From: Octopus sinensis
Taxonomy: Eukaryota
Direction of reading: 5' to 3'
Assembly (NCBI RefSeq): GCF_006345805.1
Contig: NC_043004.1
Location: 21,266,001-21,330,000, forward strand
DNA: 64,000 nt
Numbering within the stretch: position 1 is the stretch's first letter; every line of letters begins with the position of its first letter. Position numbers and translations under genes: made by a program. The notes under the pieces were generated by a model. It had not been told where the DNA came from and made no database searches. It was given only the letters and a program-made list of their open reading frames with translations. Below, piece after piece: positions 36,461-50,240 of the stretch.

Positions 36461-37505
36461 TCCTCTTTCAAGAATGATGTGAATCAAATAAGGCCATGTA
36501 GAATATTTGAGACTAATTTTTGTATTGAGTCTGCAACCAGATACATTAAGAGTGTGCGGCAGTAATAATTGGTTTACCAGAGTAATTAAATGGCCATCAA
36601 TATAGAGGTCAGCACTTGTAGGTTGATGGTCAGTGAAGATTTACACCAGTGAGAATCTTAATCAGTCTGTTCTAGATGTTAAATGACCATTAATGAAGAG
36701 GTCAACATTTGCTGGTTGATGGTGAGTTAATATTTATGTCTGTTGTTTACATTCTTGCATGAGATAATGAAGTTCTTCTCTCACAGCACTTATTTGATAT
36801 CGTACTACTTTTGATTCTGTGAGATAACTGATCAGTATCATAAAAGGACGTGTTAGTTTTCATATATTTAAGTATTGTATTTGACATACATTAACACAGT
36901 GCTCTCTTATATTAGGGGTACAGTGGGCAGTTGCCCAGGGGTTTGCTGTCAGTAAATAAATACTATGGGGCCCAGTATGTTGATTTCTCCTGGGGCCTAT
37001 AATGCTTTTAACATGTCCTTGCATTAATGCCAACATAATAGGATAGGTTATGTATATATACATATATATATATATGTATACTGTATGTGCGTACATATAT
37101 ATCTATATACATGTGTTTATACATATGCATATCAAACTTAATATGGTCGTCTTGACAGAATATTGCACACAGCATTATTCACCACAAGAGGTCCCCTCAT
37201 AGAAAAGCATGGGGTATAAAAGCACAGACATATTTTGTAGGAGATGAGAATCATTTGATATGGGTTCTGGAGCTTCCAGATCATAGGGTTTCAGAGGCAG
37301 GTATCTGGTGACCCCATACCAACCAAATCTTCCTGTCGTGATATATCAGTGTCTTTCAAGTCACTGATGTTACAAAGAGCCAGTAGGCTTATTGAAATAT
37401 AACTATTAGTTATGGAAGCAGTATTAGTACCAAAGGACAATCTTCATATCTAACTTAACATTGATGTCTTCTTAGAATGCTGAATACTGTAGTATTAGCC
37501 TTTAA

Positions 37506-37725
37506 CCCTTTCATTACTGTATTTATTTTGGGATCGTCTGTGTTTCTTTCAATTACTTTAAATATAACAAAGAATTTAGTAAAATAACTTAGTTATCATT
37601 CAGCTAGTGTTAGGAACATAAATTGTAACTAACATTTGGTGGAAGATTTTAATTCAAAATTTAGGAAAACAAGACATTTGTACTCAGAGCCCGGGCCGGT
37701 TTCAGCCGGGTTGGTAATGAAAGGG
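37506..37725. mobile_element. piggyBac-type MITE (220 bp)
   Basis: TTAA (37502-37505)|CCCTTTCATTAC ... GTAATGAAAGGG|TTAA (37726-37729): perfect 12-bp TIRs and TTAA TSD. Confidence 0.93.
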
Positions 37726-37904
37726 TTAAAGGTCCTCTCATATAGATGCATGGTGTATAAAAGTACAGACATATTGTAGCAGATGAAAAGTATCAGGTGT
37801 GGATGTCAAAACTGCTAGTCTGCTTATTTCAGTGTACTGCACTTCTTCAGTGACAGATGATATTCTATATATTGTGACAGCAAGATTTGGCTGGTGTATG
37901 TGCA

Positions 37905-38085
37905 TGTGTGTGTGACTGTATTTTTCTCCTACCTCACTTGACAATTGGTGTTGGTTTGACACACAGATAAAATAAATATCAAGCTTAGAACATGAGTACA
38001 AGGGTTGATTTGTTTCTCTAAATCTTTCAAGGTGGTGCTCCTGCATGGCTGCAGTCTTATAACAGAGACTAAAGATAATGATACA
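37905..38085 (+). mobile_element. Old SINE A-related 3' half
   Basis: cacttgacaattggtgttgg..ggtggtgctcctgcatggctgcagtc. Confidence 0.65.
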
Positions 38086-39339
38086 AGATATATTTAACTA
38101 AATGGAACAGAGTCTAATATAGCCAAACAGATCACACTAATATCAAAAATGGCTAGGTGCTTCATCTTGATCTACTACTTATAACAAAAAGTACAACCAG
38201 TACTAAATTATAAATGTGTTATTTCCATATATTTCAACTGGATGATGATAAAACCTTTGCTAAATCAATTTCTGTTGTACTGATTCTGATTTTCTTTCTC
38301 TAAAATAAATTCCTTTAATGTATAAATATAATGTCTTGCTGATACCATAAGCAGTTCATTCATATTACAGTTGGGCTTTATTGACCATTATCATAGCAAT
38401 GGCATCCGTCTGGCAAAGAGAAAACTCAATTTTGCTTGATTGTGGATTGTTTCTTATCAAGGATGATATGTGTCAGGACATGGAGTGCTCTATGTTGTAA
38501 CACATTTTTTAGAACCATCCGTGTTACTTCAGACATATACATGGGAACTGACCTTCACAATGCAGAGGAGCAGAAAATGAGTAAATATGAGTCATTTGTG
38601 GTCAAACTCCTTTTGTTTCTAGACAGCTGCTCTTCAGCCATCAATTTATGGTGAAGATGTGGTGTGTGAGAAAAGAAACTTACAAGACTAAGTGACTGAT
38701 GTAGCAGATATTGCTGGCTGTTCTTCTTGACAACACTTGTTATTTTATACTGGGAGTGGAGATGTGACTAATAACTTCACAGAAAAAAATATTTTAATTA
38801 AAAAATTTTTTTTTGCCAATTTTTGTCTGGCTTACATCATCATCTTCATGAACTATCTTGTAAATGGCTTTAAAAAAAAAATCATAAAATGTTTAGTAAA
38901 GTGAGTGTAAGCAGAGAGAGAGAAAACAGACGAAATTATTTGTTTAAATGTCTAGAGAAATCATACTGACATGGAAAAGATTTCAGAATTCTTCACTAGA
39001 AATGCTATATATAAATAAATGCGTAAGAATCATTTTTATATAAACACATGATTTACTTGTTTAAGTCTCTCTTTATACCAATCCATCGAAAACTATATCA
39101 GACTCTATCAAAATACGTGGTTGTGTTTGATTGTTCATATTTAATTAAAACCTTTTATCATAACTTGATGTAAGAACATATTATTCCAAACACCAGCATC
39201 ATGATTGAATTTATTATTTACTGTCTTCAGGTTATGAAGAGAAGAAAAAAAGCACAACATATTTAAGAGCAACTCTTTCTTAATTACTGGAAAAGACATA
39301 CTATTGAAATAAAATATAGTTGTGTTAAGAAACTAAGAA

Positions 39340-39760
39340 GAAAATAGTACACACTGCCTGGAGACTATTTAAATTGAGTTTGGTGTAATCACCAAAATAA
39401 TGCAGTTTAGTGTGGCTACTAATATGATATAGTATACTGTAGTGATGGACATAATGTAGTCTATTTTGTTAGTGAAAAGGTCACTAATATAATATATTGT
39501 GATGGAGTCACTAATGAAATATAGATTGGTGTTGTCACTAGCAGGATATAGTCTACTGTAGTTACTGATATAATACAGTTTGTTGTTGTCACTACTATTA
39601 TGTGGCTTGATCTAGTCACTAATATGATGTAGTCTGGTGCTGTAACTAGTACAATATAGTTTATTGTAGTTACAAATTTAATATACTTTGGTGTTGTCAA
39701 TGATAATATATGTTGGTTCAGACCATAATATAATATAGTGTACTATAATAACTTATATAA
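39340..39760. repeat. Old degenerate 27-bp minisatellite (~15 units)
   Basis: Units such as gtcactaatatgatgtagtctggtgct and gtaactagtacaatatagtttattgta; 9-residue periodicity in ORF 39461-39700. Confidence 0.8.
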
Positions 39761-40290
39761 TGTAGTATATCATAAACAATAATATAATGTAGGCTTACAC
39801 TTGCCTCTGAGCAGGCGACAATATGTATTATCTTTTCTGGATGTATTTGCAAAGATTAATTTATCAAAAGTGTTGGACACTTTTGATACAATACTAAGGT
39901 CATAAACTAATAAAATGCTCAGTGTACTCTTTAACTACAACAAGACTGCAGAAGTGAGATGAATAATAGTAGCGATATCAGAGCTGCCAGAAGAACTTTT
40001 AAAAGAAAATTACATCACAGTTATGTACACTTACCAGGAATTTCACTCCGATTACTTAAACAGTTCATATATCCTCTGAGAATGTAATAACCATTCACCT
40101 GAGGTTATCACCTGGCCATATCAAATATAAATAGCATCTGTTTTTGACATTTGCCATGTTCTTACATCCAGACTATTATCGTATCAAACTGAAGAATCGA
40201 TTTGTTCCTATGACACACACACGCACACATACACACACACACGTATATGTATATATGAGTGTGTGACTGTATAAATGTATGCATGCATCC

Positions 40291-40333
<43 letters not shown>

Positions 40334-40763
40334 GTGTGTGTGTAGTTATATATATATTTATGTTTGTATGTATGTATTTATGTATGAATATATGTATATG
40401 TGTGTTATATTTAGCCTTGTTATACTCAATATGAGTGCAACTTCAGAAAAATTGAGTTATAATTTTTTTTGCTATTTTACATATTCAAGTGTATGAAATT
40501 GGTTGTGCTAACTGTCAAAATTCCAAAGTCAAGTTTGTTCCTAAAGTTTCTGGTATATGCAGTACTAGTGCAAAGTCAGAATAGTTTACAACGCCATGTG
40601 CATCTGCCAACAAATATTTATTCAGACGTAAAAATCAATCAGAATTATTGAAGTTGCATAGAAAGATTCAGTGTGCAGAAATTATAATATATCAACACCA
40701 TACAGAGAAATAATTGAAAGGAAATATGTGTACAAAGATTCAAATATATAATATATATATGTA

Positions 40764-40798
<35 letters not shown>

Positions 40799-40836
40799 GT
40801 ATATGCATGTATATACACACATATACACACATATAT

Positions 40837-41083
40837 ACGTAAAAAGTACCAATCTGATCATAGCCATTGCCAGCCTCACCTGGCACCTGTGCCGGTGGCA
40901 TGTAAAAAGCACCCACTACACTCGCAGAGTGGTTGGCATTAGGAAGGGCATCCAGCTGTAGAAACACTGCCAGATCAGAAGTGGAGCCTGGTACAGCCTT
41001 CTGGCTTCCCAGATCCCCGGTCGAACTGTCCAATCCATGCTAGCATGGAGAATGGACGTTAAATGATGATGATGATGATGATA
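40837..41083 (+). mobile_element. RTE-type LINE 3' UTR fragment with (GAT)n tail
   Basis: gtggttggcattaggaagggcatccagctgtagaaac..ggacgttaaatgatgatg. Confidence 0.85.
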
Positions 41084-41149
41084 TATGTATAACTAATGAA
41101 TTTGCCTATTCATGCTAAATATATTCCAGCAGATTGAAATGCTGATAAT

Positions 41150-41620
41150 TGTTGTTGTGTATATCGCAGGAGAATGACTTCGCCCTTTTATGTGACAAGA
41201 TGTTCAGAATAAACTCAGCTCATTGGTATAAAGAATTCTGGAATACCAGTGCTCTGATATGCTGAGTCTTGTTTGCCAGAGGTAACCAGTTCTTCGAGCC
41301 TAAGCAAGCCATTGGCTTTCTTTATAATTACAGTGAATGAACTGAACTGTTTGTCGATCAGAGATGATGTCTGCCTGTGGATAAAAAGTCATTCTTTTGC
41401 ACTGTGTACATACAGTATGATGTGTATGTGACGAGCATGTGTGCATTCAAATCTGTTGATGTGTATTTAGGACAAACATGCAAACTCATCATTTCAGATA
41501 TTTTAACATGTTCAATACAGCTATTTCTCCTCCATGGACATTAGCAGATTCTCTTCAAGGTTATCATTTTATATTTCTGTAGATTTTCCTCAGGTCCTTA
41601 ATATATTTTGAGCACTCCAT
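41150..41620 (+). pseudogene. Probable degenerate Penelope RT-thumb/GIY-YIG fragment
   Basis: Manual translation ..LPVDKKSFFCTVY..SVDVYLGQTCKL resembles the GIY-YIG YIGQT motif; several stops. Confidence 0.45.
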
Positions 41621-42450
41621 CAAATCTCAATGGGCATTTTATTAGTGTTTTGCACTGAAAAGATTTTTATCATTTTCTTTCACATTTTGTCTTTGCACAG
41701 TATTGATACCTTTCTTTTCTATTGTTTACTTTAGTTTAAACATTTCTTCTGTGTTTATACGTTTCACACGCATACACTTGCATACACATCTATCATAGCT
41801 TTCACATTCTTCTAACTTTCTGTTTCCTTCACATCATTTCCACCCCCTCCTCTCACACTTGCACCTGGTCTTATCACTTCATATTCACACTTGTTTACTA
41901 CTCACTTAAATCTTACATATATACACCAGCAGCACATCTTAACTTACTTGCTCCACTATGCTTCCACGCTTCAACAGGCATAGACACCCTTCACAAAACT
42001 AAACACATACACACACACATAATCCACTTCCCCTTATGCCACTTACAGACACATATACTCTCCAATATTTGCATATACTCATACAACCCATCCTATCTTC
42101 TTAACATTCCTAAAACAGTATGTGTGTATGTGTGTGTGTGCACACACGCAATTGTGTTTGTGTGTGTGTGTGCAAGTATACCTGTATATTTTCACTTTAT
42201 GATCTAGTACTGAAGCATGATAAATAACCAGATATATTTGAGAGCATATATTACATATATTACTTTAAAAAATTGCTCTTTATTTTTTTCTGTGTATTTC
42301 CTTCTCTCATTGTTCCTATGCCTTTCACTTTCCTTCTGATGAAGGACTAATATCCAAAACGTTGAAACTCTTTCTTTTTCCATTAAAGTGTTAAGAAAGT
42401 AATGTATTTGTTAAATCTCGTTCCACCAGTGTTCTCTTTAATTATTGTTC

Positions 42451-42495
<45 letters not shown>

Positions 42496-42496
42496 T

Positions 42497-42536
<40 letters not shown>

Positions 42537-43059
42537 GTATATTTTCCCTTTATGATGTAGCACTGAAGCATGATAAATAACCAGATATATTTGAGAGCAT
42601 TCTATTGCATATTGAACTTCAAAAAATTGTTTGTAGATATTTATATAAAATGCTATATATTGGGCAGAACAGGCTATAAAACTGAACAGTATAAAATATT
42701 TAAATGAACAGAAAACATTATCAGTGGTATTCTCAATAAATATTTCTACAGTTGTTTCAAAATTGTTGCATAACATTTCAACAAAAATTATAATTATGTA
42801 ATCATAATTATATAACTTACATGCATCACATTGTCAGAGACATTTGGAAATATGAATTACAAAATTCAAACTGACTTTTATACAGTTTGAAAATTCTAGG
42901 GAAAAATAAAAGAAAAAAGGAGAGAAAAAAAATGAATGTCAAAAGGATTATAGATATAAAGAGGGAAAAGAATTTAAAAATTGATATTAGATCAAGAAGC
43001 GAAGTGTTATAATATACTTTCTGAAGTTGGGTGTTGTAAGATATTCTTTTCTATTCTAG

Positions 43060-43247
43060 GTACAAGGCCAGTCGATTAGATCGACTCCAGTATGCAACTG
43101 GTACTTAATTTATCATCCCCCCTCCCCCGCAAAAGGATGAAAGTCAAAATCGACCTTGGCGGAATTTGAACTCAGAACATAAAGACAGACAAAATACCAG
43201 AAAGCATTTCGCCCACTGCGCTAACGTTTCTGCCACCTTGCTACCCT
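43060..43247 (-). mobile_element. SINE B
   Basis: Reverse-complement core (ggatgaaagtcaaaatcgacc) and head (ctaacgtttctgcca). Confidence 0.85.
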
Positions 43248-43637
43248 GTATTTTAAGAATATTGACAACAAATTGTGACCAACATCTGTGATGTCCTGAG
43301 TTTATCATTCAGACTAAAGCATGTGGGTATGACAATCAAAATCACTAAATGTAATACAACCATAATTAAGATATCTAAAGGATATTAAAGAAGTATAATA
43401 TACAAGTGTATTTATATCAGCAAGAATTTATACTGGATGCATTTGATGCATGACAATTAAACCGTTCAGGTTTCAGTTTAAATCAATATTAATTGCATCT
43501 GCACCTGAGTGTTTTTCTACAATTGAAGATGGGCTATTAGGCTATGACATAAGCACAAAGTCAATGCCCATGATGTTTCTCTCTAGTATATATGTATATA
43601 CACACACACACACACACACACACAATTATATATATAT

Positions 43638-43910
43638 ACTCTTACTTGTTTCAGTCATTTGACTGCAGCCATGCTGAAGCACCACCTTTAATCGAGCAAC
43701 TCGATCCCGGGACTTATTCTTTTGTAAGCCCAGTACTTATTCTATCAGTCTCTTTTGCCGAACCGCTGAGTAACGGAGACATAAACACACCAGCATCGGT
43801 TGTCAAGCAATGCTAGGGGGACAAACACAGACACACAAACACACACACGCATATATATATATATACATACATATATACAACGGGCTTCTTTCAGTTTCCA
43901 TCTACCAAAT
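43638..43910 (-). mobile_element. SINE A lacking its head
   Basis: Tail and body present; homology stops at tctaccaaat, next to the foldback element. Confidence 0.9.
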
Positions 43911-43928
43911 ATATATATAAATAAAATA

Positions 43929-44066
43929 TATATAAGAATTTTTTGTGTAATGAGATAAAAAACCAAGGCTGTGTAGATATTATATTACAACATTTATATC
44001 TATAAATGCTCTAATATTTACACAGCCTTGGGTTTTTTATCTCATTACTCAAAAAATTCTTATATA
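43929..44066. mobile_element. 138-bp foldback/MITE-like palindrome flanked by TA
   Basis: tatataagaattttttgtgtaatgagataaaaaaccaaggctgtgtagatatta pairs with taatatttacacagccttgggttttttatctcattactcaaaaaattcttatata; inner catttata/tataaatg with a 2-nt loop. Confidence 0.85.
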
Positions 44067-44289
44067 CACACGCTGACATATGACCAACATTGAAGCCCTT
44101 ATTCGCAAAACCCCTGAACCTGGAGCTTAACTATAGTCTGCCTATAGCACTTATTCAGCATTACCTGACACCTTTGGGTCTCAATGACACCATTACCTCT
44201 TATAACCTCAATATCTATCTATCTATCTATCTATCTCTCTATATATATATATGTAAGATGAGAGAAGAACTTTGTCCAAAATCAAAAAG

Positions 44290-44745
44290 TGAACAGACAG
44301 GATGACAAACAACTCTGCAGCTGCTCCACTGAAGTGACTACTGCTATGCATACCAAGCTGATGATCTTGCGGGTGGTGAGCAGTGAGGGTGATGTCATAG
44401 CTCTTTGCTTTTTCTTGCAAGGTCTTATGATCAATGCAGTAGCCTACATTAAGACAATGAGGATGGTTGTCAAGCCCTGGATCAAGAGTTGCTTGGGGAA
44501 GGCCATATGTATTTCAGCAAGTCTGTGTTTCCTCTCACACAAACTGCTTGATCCAGGAGTAGATGCCCAAAAGCTTTCATGATCATGTTAGCCCTAATGT
44601 TTGGCCTCCTAGCTTTCCTGATTTGACCCCACTGGACATCTACACCTAGCACATTTGGAGAGTTATGACCAATTTGAATAAAGATCACATGATCAATGCA
44701 TTTACAATGCATTTCAGAAGCTGTATCAGGCTGATGATGATTTAT
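44290..44745 (+). pseudogene. Tc1/mariner (probably DD37D/maT-like) transposase C-terminal relic
   Basis: KLMILRVVSSEGDV..NAVAYI..VVKPWI, PYVFQQ, DHVSPNVWPPSFPDLTPLDIY and terminal EAV..ADDDFIE-like sequence. Confidence 0.85.
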
Positions 44746-46049
44746 TGAGTTGCTTTTTGCTATATTTTTGTAAGAATATGTGTACCAAATTCTATAAAGA
44801 TATATTGTTTTTTTTTAATAAATTGTTTTGTTTAAAATTAAAATTTTGTTCTCAAATAACTGATGCAATCTGTGTATCTTAGTACACTTATATACGCATA
44901 CTCATACATTCATACACTATCAAATGCATATCTGTAGACATATATACACATTAATACATTGCTTAATTGTCTGTATGTACACAAACACGTACACAAGTTC
45001 ATGCTCAGTTATGACTCTAAATATGTTGATGCATTATATTAGTGAGGAACGCCAAGACTATTTAACATAACTATGAACGAACCATATTTCATAGACAATT
45101 AACAATCGTGTTGCAATAGATATAGACATTTTCAAGGAACGTGATAAAATGACATGATCAAGTATTGATGCAAATAATATAATACAACAAAATAGCAAAT
45201 ATTGTAGTTCAGATTAATGCTTACAATAATTATCCTAATCATACTTAGAAACAGTCAATATAAGATGTGTTTAATAAATTAAAGTAATTGAATAAGCTTC
45301 ATCAATTGATTAAATTATTGTAAGCAAGATAACCTAAGTGAATTTAGTAGTATTGAGTTAAAACAATATGGAACTGTTGTATGAAAAACCTTAGAATTAA
45401 TAATTTTATTTATGTCATAATTATTTGTAAGTAGATTTTAAATGAGGTTACATGCAATTGCACAAACCTTTATGTGTATAATTGGCTGGAATATAATATT
45501 ACATTCTTAATTGAAAATAATATAAAAGCACAAGATAGTTAGAATGAGTAAGAAAACGAATTAAATTATTAATGAATGTGTTGAATGAAATTATCAATAA
45601 GGAATTATTACTTGTAAAACATTTTAATATTATAATAGATCTATATTAATATAAAATGAATGTTCTTAATATTTATAAGCAGATTTAGACAAGTTCATTT
45701 GTAGATGTATATGCCTCTGTTTGTATCATTATGGTTATATGTAATATACTCCATTCAGGCATTCTCTTATACAATCATTATAGTATTAGTTACAGTTATA
45801 CTTTCTGTGTATTGCAGCATTGAATTCATTTCATTTCATTAATGATGTCAATCAACTCTGAAACAACTCAAGTTCTTCCTGTGTAGATCAATGATAGTCT
45901 TTCCTATCTCCTTGACATAGTTTGATTGAATTTATAATGCTTCATACCATACAATTTATGTCTTTAGATTTTAAATCAAATATATATTCTGCCAGAATAT
46001 TAAATGTCTAAGTTTAGGATCAGAGAATTAATAATGGTGGAATGTAATA

Positions 46050-46175
46050 ACTTATCATTAGTGAAGTACATATGGATACTGAAAGAAACACTGCTCAGTA
46101 TGGCATCAAGTGGAAGCTACTAGAAAAGAGCAAACTTTACCTTAATGGCAGTAGGAGGTACAGACTCTGTTTAGT
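46050..46175 (+). pseudogene. Penelope GIY-YIG C-terminal fragment
   Basis: YGIKWKLLEKSKLYLNGSRRYRLCL matches the IKWKIL...Y....C.LCL pattern. Confidence 0.65.
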
Positions 46176-48402
46176 TAACCAGTCAGTCCATCCCTGCAAG
46201 GGTTGGATCATTAGCTTCCTCATATTGATGCAACTCTTCCTCACCAGACGTCATGATTAAGGTCTGTGGTATGAATGACTGACCTGGATTTTTGTCACAT
46301 TGGTCTTTCACTAGCAGAAATATCACATCTGCACATGCAATTGTTATGGATGAATAGCAGCAGTTCACTAACTGAAATGGGTGATACTGGCCATTCATCC
46401 ACTCAGCAACTAGTGATATTTGCCATTGACTAAGCAAGATTCATTTGCCAAAATAGTCCACAACCACCATGCTGCATCCTCTGATTTCAATGTACCTTGG
46501 CTCCAGTGGATTATGCTGTTTAATCCATAGCTGGTATCCTGAAAGGTGCTACTACTCTGGGTCAGAATAGACCTGGGGAAAATAGTGGCTAAGAAGTGGT
46601 TCCACACTTCTCAGAACTCTGGAACTCCTGAACCATGGTTGCACTACTGGATGCGGTTTGAAGTCATCCCTGGGATATGATGACATCTAAAATATATAAT
46701 ATATGCATGAAGATATCATTGGAAGTTTAAAAGATGCTTGGATTACAATTTTCATGTTTTGCATCAAGCCAGCAATAAGTGTGTTGTTATGAAAGTTCAG
46801 AGAAATGTAAGCAAAGAAATTTAGAATCATGTGATTTTGCCAAAAGTAAAACACAGTCAAATACCTACTGTGGATATGAGCCTAAGAGCTAGGTACTGGT
46901 AGTGTAACATCTAGTCTATTCAGACAATTAATCTCAACTTTTGAGATATAAATTAAGAAAACGTCATCAGCAAATTTTTCCCAGTGTCACTGAATATACT
47001 CTTTTGTTGTTGCTTCCTTTGTATGTTAGTCATATTTCAGTAGATAATACTCTGCAGGGCAATCTAATTAGGGAGGAAAGGAACACTGTTTTTACATTGT
47101 TTGTTGTATAGTTTTTATTGAATTTTAACTTAAGTGCAACTGAAAATATTTTTGTAGTAATTTTTAATCATTTATGAGGCAATCAAAAATATTACACACT
47201 GAAGTTTTAGATATCTTGATATTAACTGAATAGCTCAGAAAATTTTCTATGCTGAATGAAAATAAACAAATTATTATTTGCATTTACCACACATTCAGGT
47301 GTTTTCATATTTGTCAGTCTATGTATAAAGCAGGATTTGTTTGATTGTACTTAACCATGCTCTCTTTGGTCCCCTTTTGTGCTCTGGTTACCTTATATTC
47401 AGTATCTCATATTGAGTATGGATGGCTGCTATGCATAGCAAAGCTTCACAGGAACCATCTGCTTCTATGTTGAAAAGCTCCAAAAGATAATTGTAAAGGA
47501 AATATATACCTATTCTTACATGTATTGATATATTGAAGACTTACTCTGTCCACTTATTTATTTCACATAATCAAATCAATGATCTTAATCTCAGAAAGCT
47601 AATATCTATTTAATATTGCGTACTTGCCATGAATAAGTGCCTCAATACGATGAATGAAGTTGTACCTTAGGAAATTCATGTGAGTTTAGTTAACACACAC
47701 ACACACACACACACACACATTATATATGTCTATATACATATGTGTGTGTGTGTGTGTGTGTTTGTTAATGTTTGTGTCTTTTTATGTGCTTAAATATGAT
47801 TGTATGTACCTACATATGTTTAAACTTTAATTCAAACATATTCTGGTTAAATTTAATCATCCAAGTCTGTTACTGCAGGATAACTTGATAAAAATGTGTT
47901 TTAAATCTACCAAAGTTCCATGGAGAAGGGGTTAGTCATTACACAATTAAGTCTTAAAATATTGTTTATTTGCAGATTTCCCCCAAAATAACAAAATAAC
48001 AAAATTATGAAATTATCACTTGAAATTATTGATTTATTTAATAAATGCAAGAATATTCAGTTATGTGAATTTATAAATTACTTTTTGATTTCCTACATTT
48101 GTTGCTCTGTAGTACAAATTCTTTTCTCTTTCCTATCAAGTTTCTAGAACATGATGAATCACTAATTACAGCTACAAGCTCATTATTCATCAACTATGGT
48201 GCATTATCTAATCTACCATTTCCCTGCACCCCCTTCATCTGTTTCTTAACTGGTTACCTGTTAGAAACCAGAATTGATCCTTTTATTTATTATAATTAAA
48301 CAAGATTTGATATGTATTGTGAAAAAATATTTATGGCATAAGCTATTAATATGCAACAAGAAAATCAGTTAAATTTTATAAACTTTCTAGTGTTGAATAC
48401 AT

Positions 48403-48962
48403 AAGACGAGGTGGTGAAACATGATCTTCAAACTTTGGGTCTCACAGAGGCAATGACTAGTGACTGAGACCTTTGGCAATATGCTGTGCTTAAGAAGACC
48501 CATCAAGCGAAATGATATCAAAGTCGTCGCTGATGCCGGTGTTACATAACTGGTACCTGTGCTGGTGGCACATAAAAAGTATCTTCCAAGGGTTGGGCCT
48601 CAATGGAGGTAAAGTGGCTGAGCTTCTTTTGAGTGTTGGGCTTCACAGAAGCAATGACCAAGACATTTGGCATTATGTCATGCTTAAGAAGAAGACCCTT
48701 CAAACCAAGCAAAATCAGAGTCATGGCAGATACTGGTGCTATGCAAATGGCACCCCTGCCAGAGGCTTGTAAAAGCACCCATTACACTGTTGGAGTGGTT
48801 GGTGTTAGGAAGGGCATCCAGTCGTAGAAGCCATACCAAATCATACTAGAGTCTGGTGCAGCCTTCCAGCTTGCCAGCCCTGGTAAAACTGTCCAACCCA
48901 TGCCAGCATGGAGAACAGACATTAAATGATGATGACGATGATGATAATGATGATGATGATGA
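48403..48962 (+). mobile_element. RTE-type LINE 3' end (two tandem ORF-end fragments, 3' UTR, (GAT)n tail)
   Basis: DEVVKHDLQTLGLTEAMTSD*DLWQYAVLKKTHQAK*, repeated near 48630; same 3' UTR as 40837-41083. Confidence 0.85.
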
Positions 48963-49949
48963 ATAAGACTTGATTGAATGGTTGTTGACAAAATACATTC
49001 AAATAGTTTATTGTGTAAAGTAGAATGAAACAACTAGGTGTGACATGCTTCAGTGTAGTGGTAGATGATGAGTGATAAAGAATAAAGGATTCATATTTAA
49101 AAGACGAGTATCAAGTATAGCATCTGTATCAATTAGATATTGATGGGTAAAGACTAAACTAGAGCCAAATCCATTGGTGTTACAGTTAGTGGTCATAAAA
49201 GTGTCCAGTATATTAATTCTTTTATGACAATATATCTTTATTACATTGAGTAAATTTCTGTGCAAATAAGAATGCTTGTGTTACATAATGAATATTTTAG
49301 GATGATGTAGTAAACTATTTCTTTATTGCCATCGTCCACCAAACCAAAATCAATAAAAAAGAAAGCAATTGATCTATCTACCAGATATCTTCTATCAGTA
49401 ACAAAATCAAACACCAAGGAAATCGGTGAGGGATCCTATCGACAAATATTTGAAACCTATATTTTTCTCAAACATAGATTCAGACTTGAAATGTCAGATT
49501 CCTCTAAATCCTCGTGGCATAAGAACTGATCTACATACATAAATCTATCTATAGTTGGTAGTTTTTGAAACTATTTTCCTGATCATAGCTGACACTCTGT
49601 GTTTTGGTCAGTATTCTCTTATAAATGTCAAAAATATGATGAAAAGATTTCTAGTTGGAAGCACAGCAATGTCGGTTAGTAGCTTGCTTTGCGGCTTTAT
49701 GGTTCAGAGTTCAAACTCACTGCATAGCACATTGGGCAAATATCTTGTAGTATAGCCTAGGGATCCCAATTCTAATGAACTCTAAATAATTCAGGGCTAA
49801 TTACAGCTTATAAAGAATTTCTTCTTAACTTCTCACCAAAATACTATTTGCTTCTGATATTTAAATTGCCCCAATGAAGAAAGCATTTTTCTGAAAAGTA
49901 TTTTTAATTGATGATAAAAATTGTATTTTAGGAAAATTATGATAATAAT

Positions 49950-50240
<291 letters not shown>

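Noticed and set aside
36897-37021. Possible small MITE with GC-rich GGGCCC core (similar sequence at 58240-58340)
   Set aside because: Putative TIRs match at only about half of positions and there is no TSD.
38380-38780. Possible DNA-transposon C-terminal relic
   Set aside because: Cys/His pattern is not convincing in any frame and no termini were found.
40490-40552. Possible 63-nt exon (polypyrimidine-AG ... GT) encoding VYEIGCANCQNSKVKFVPKVS
   Set aside because: Splice signals are plausible but common in AT-rich DNA. I recognise no protein family and found no partner exons. Spliced RNA-seq would decide.
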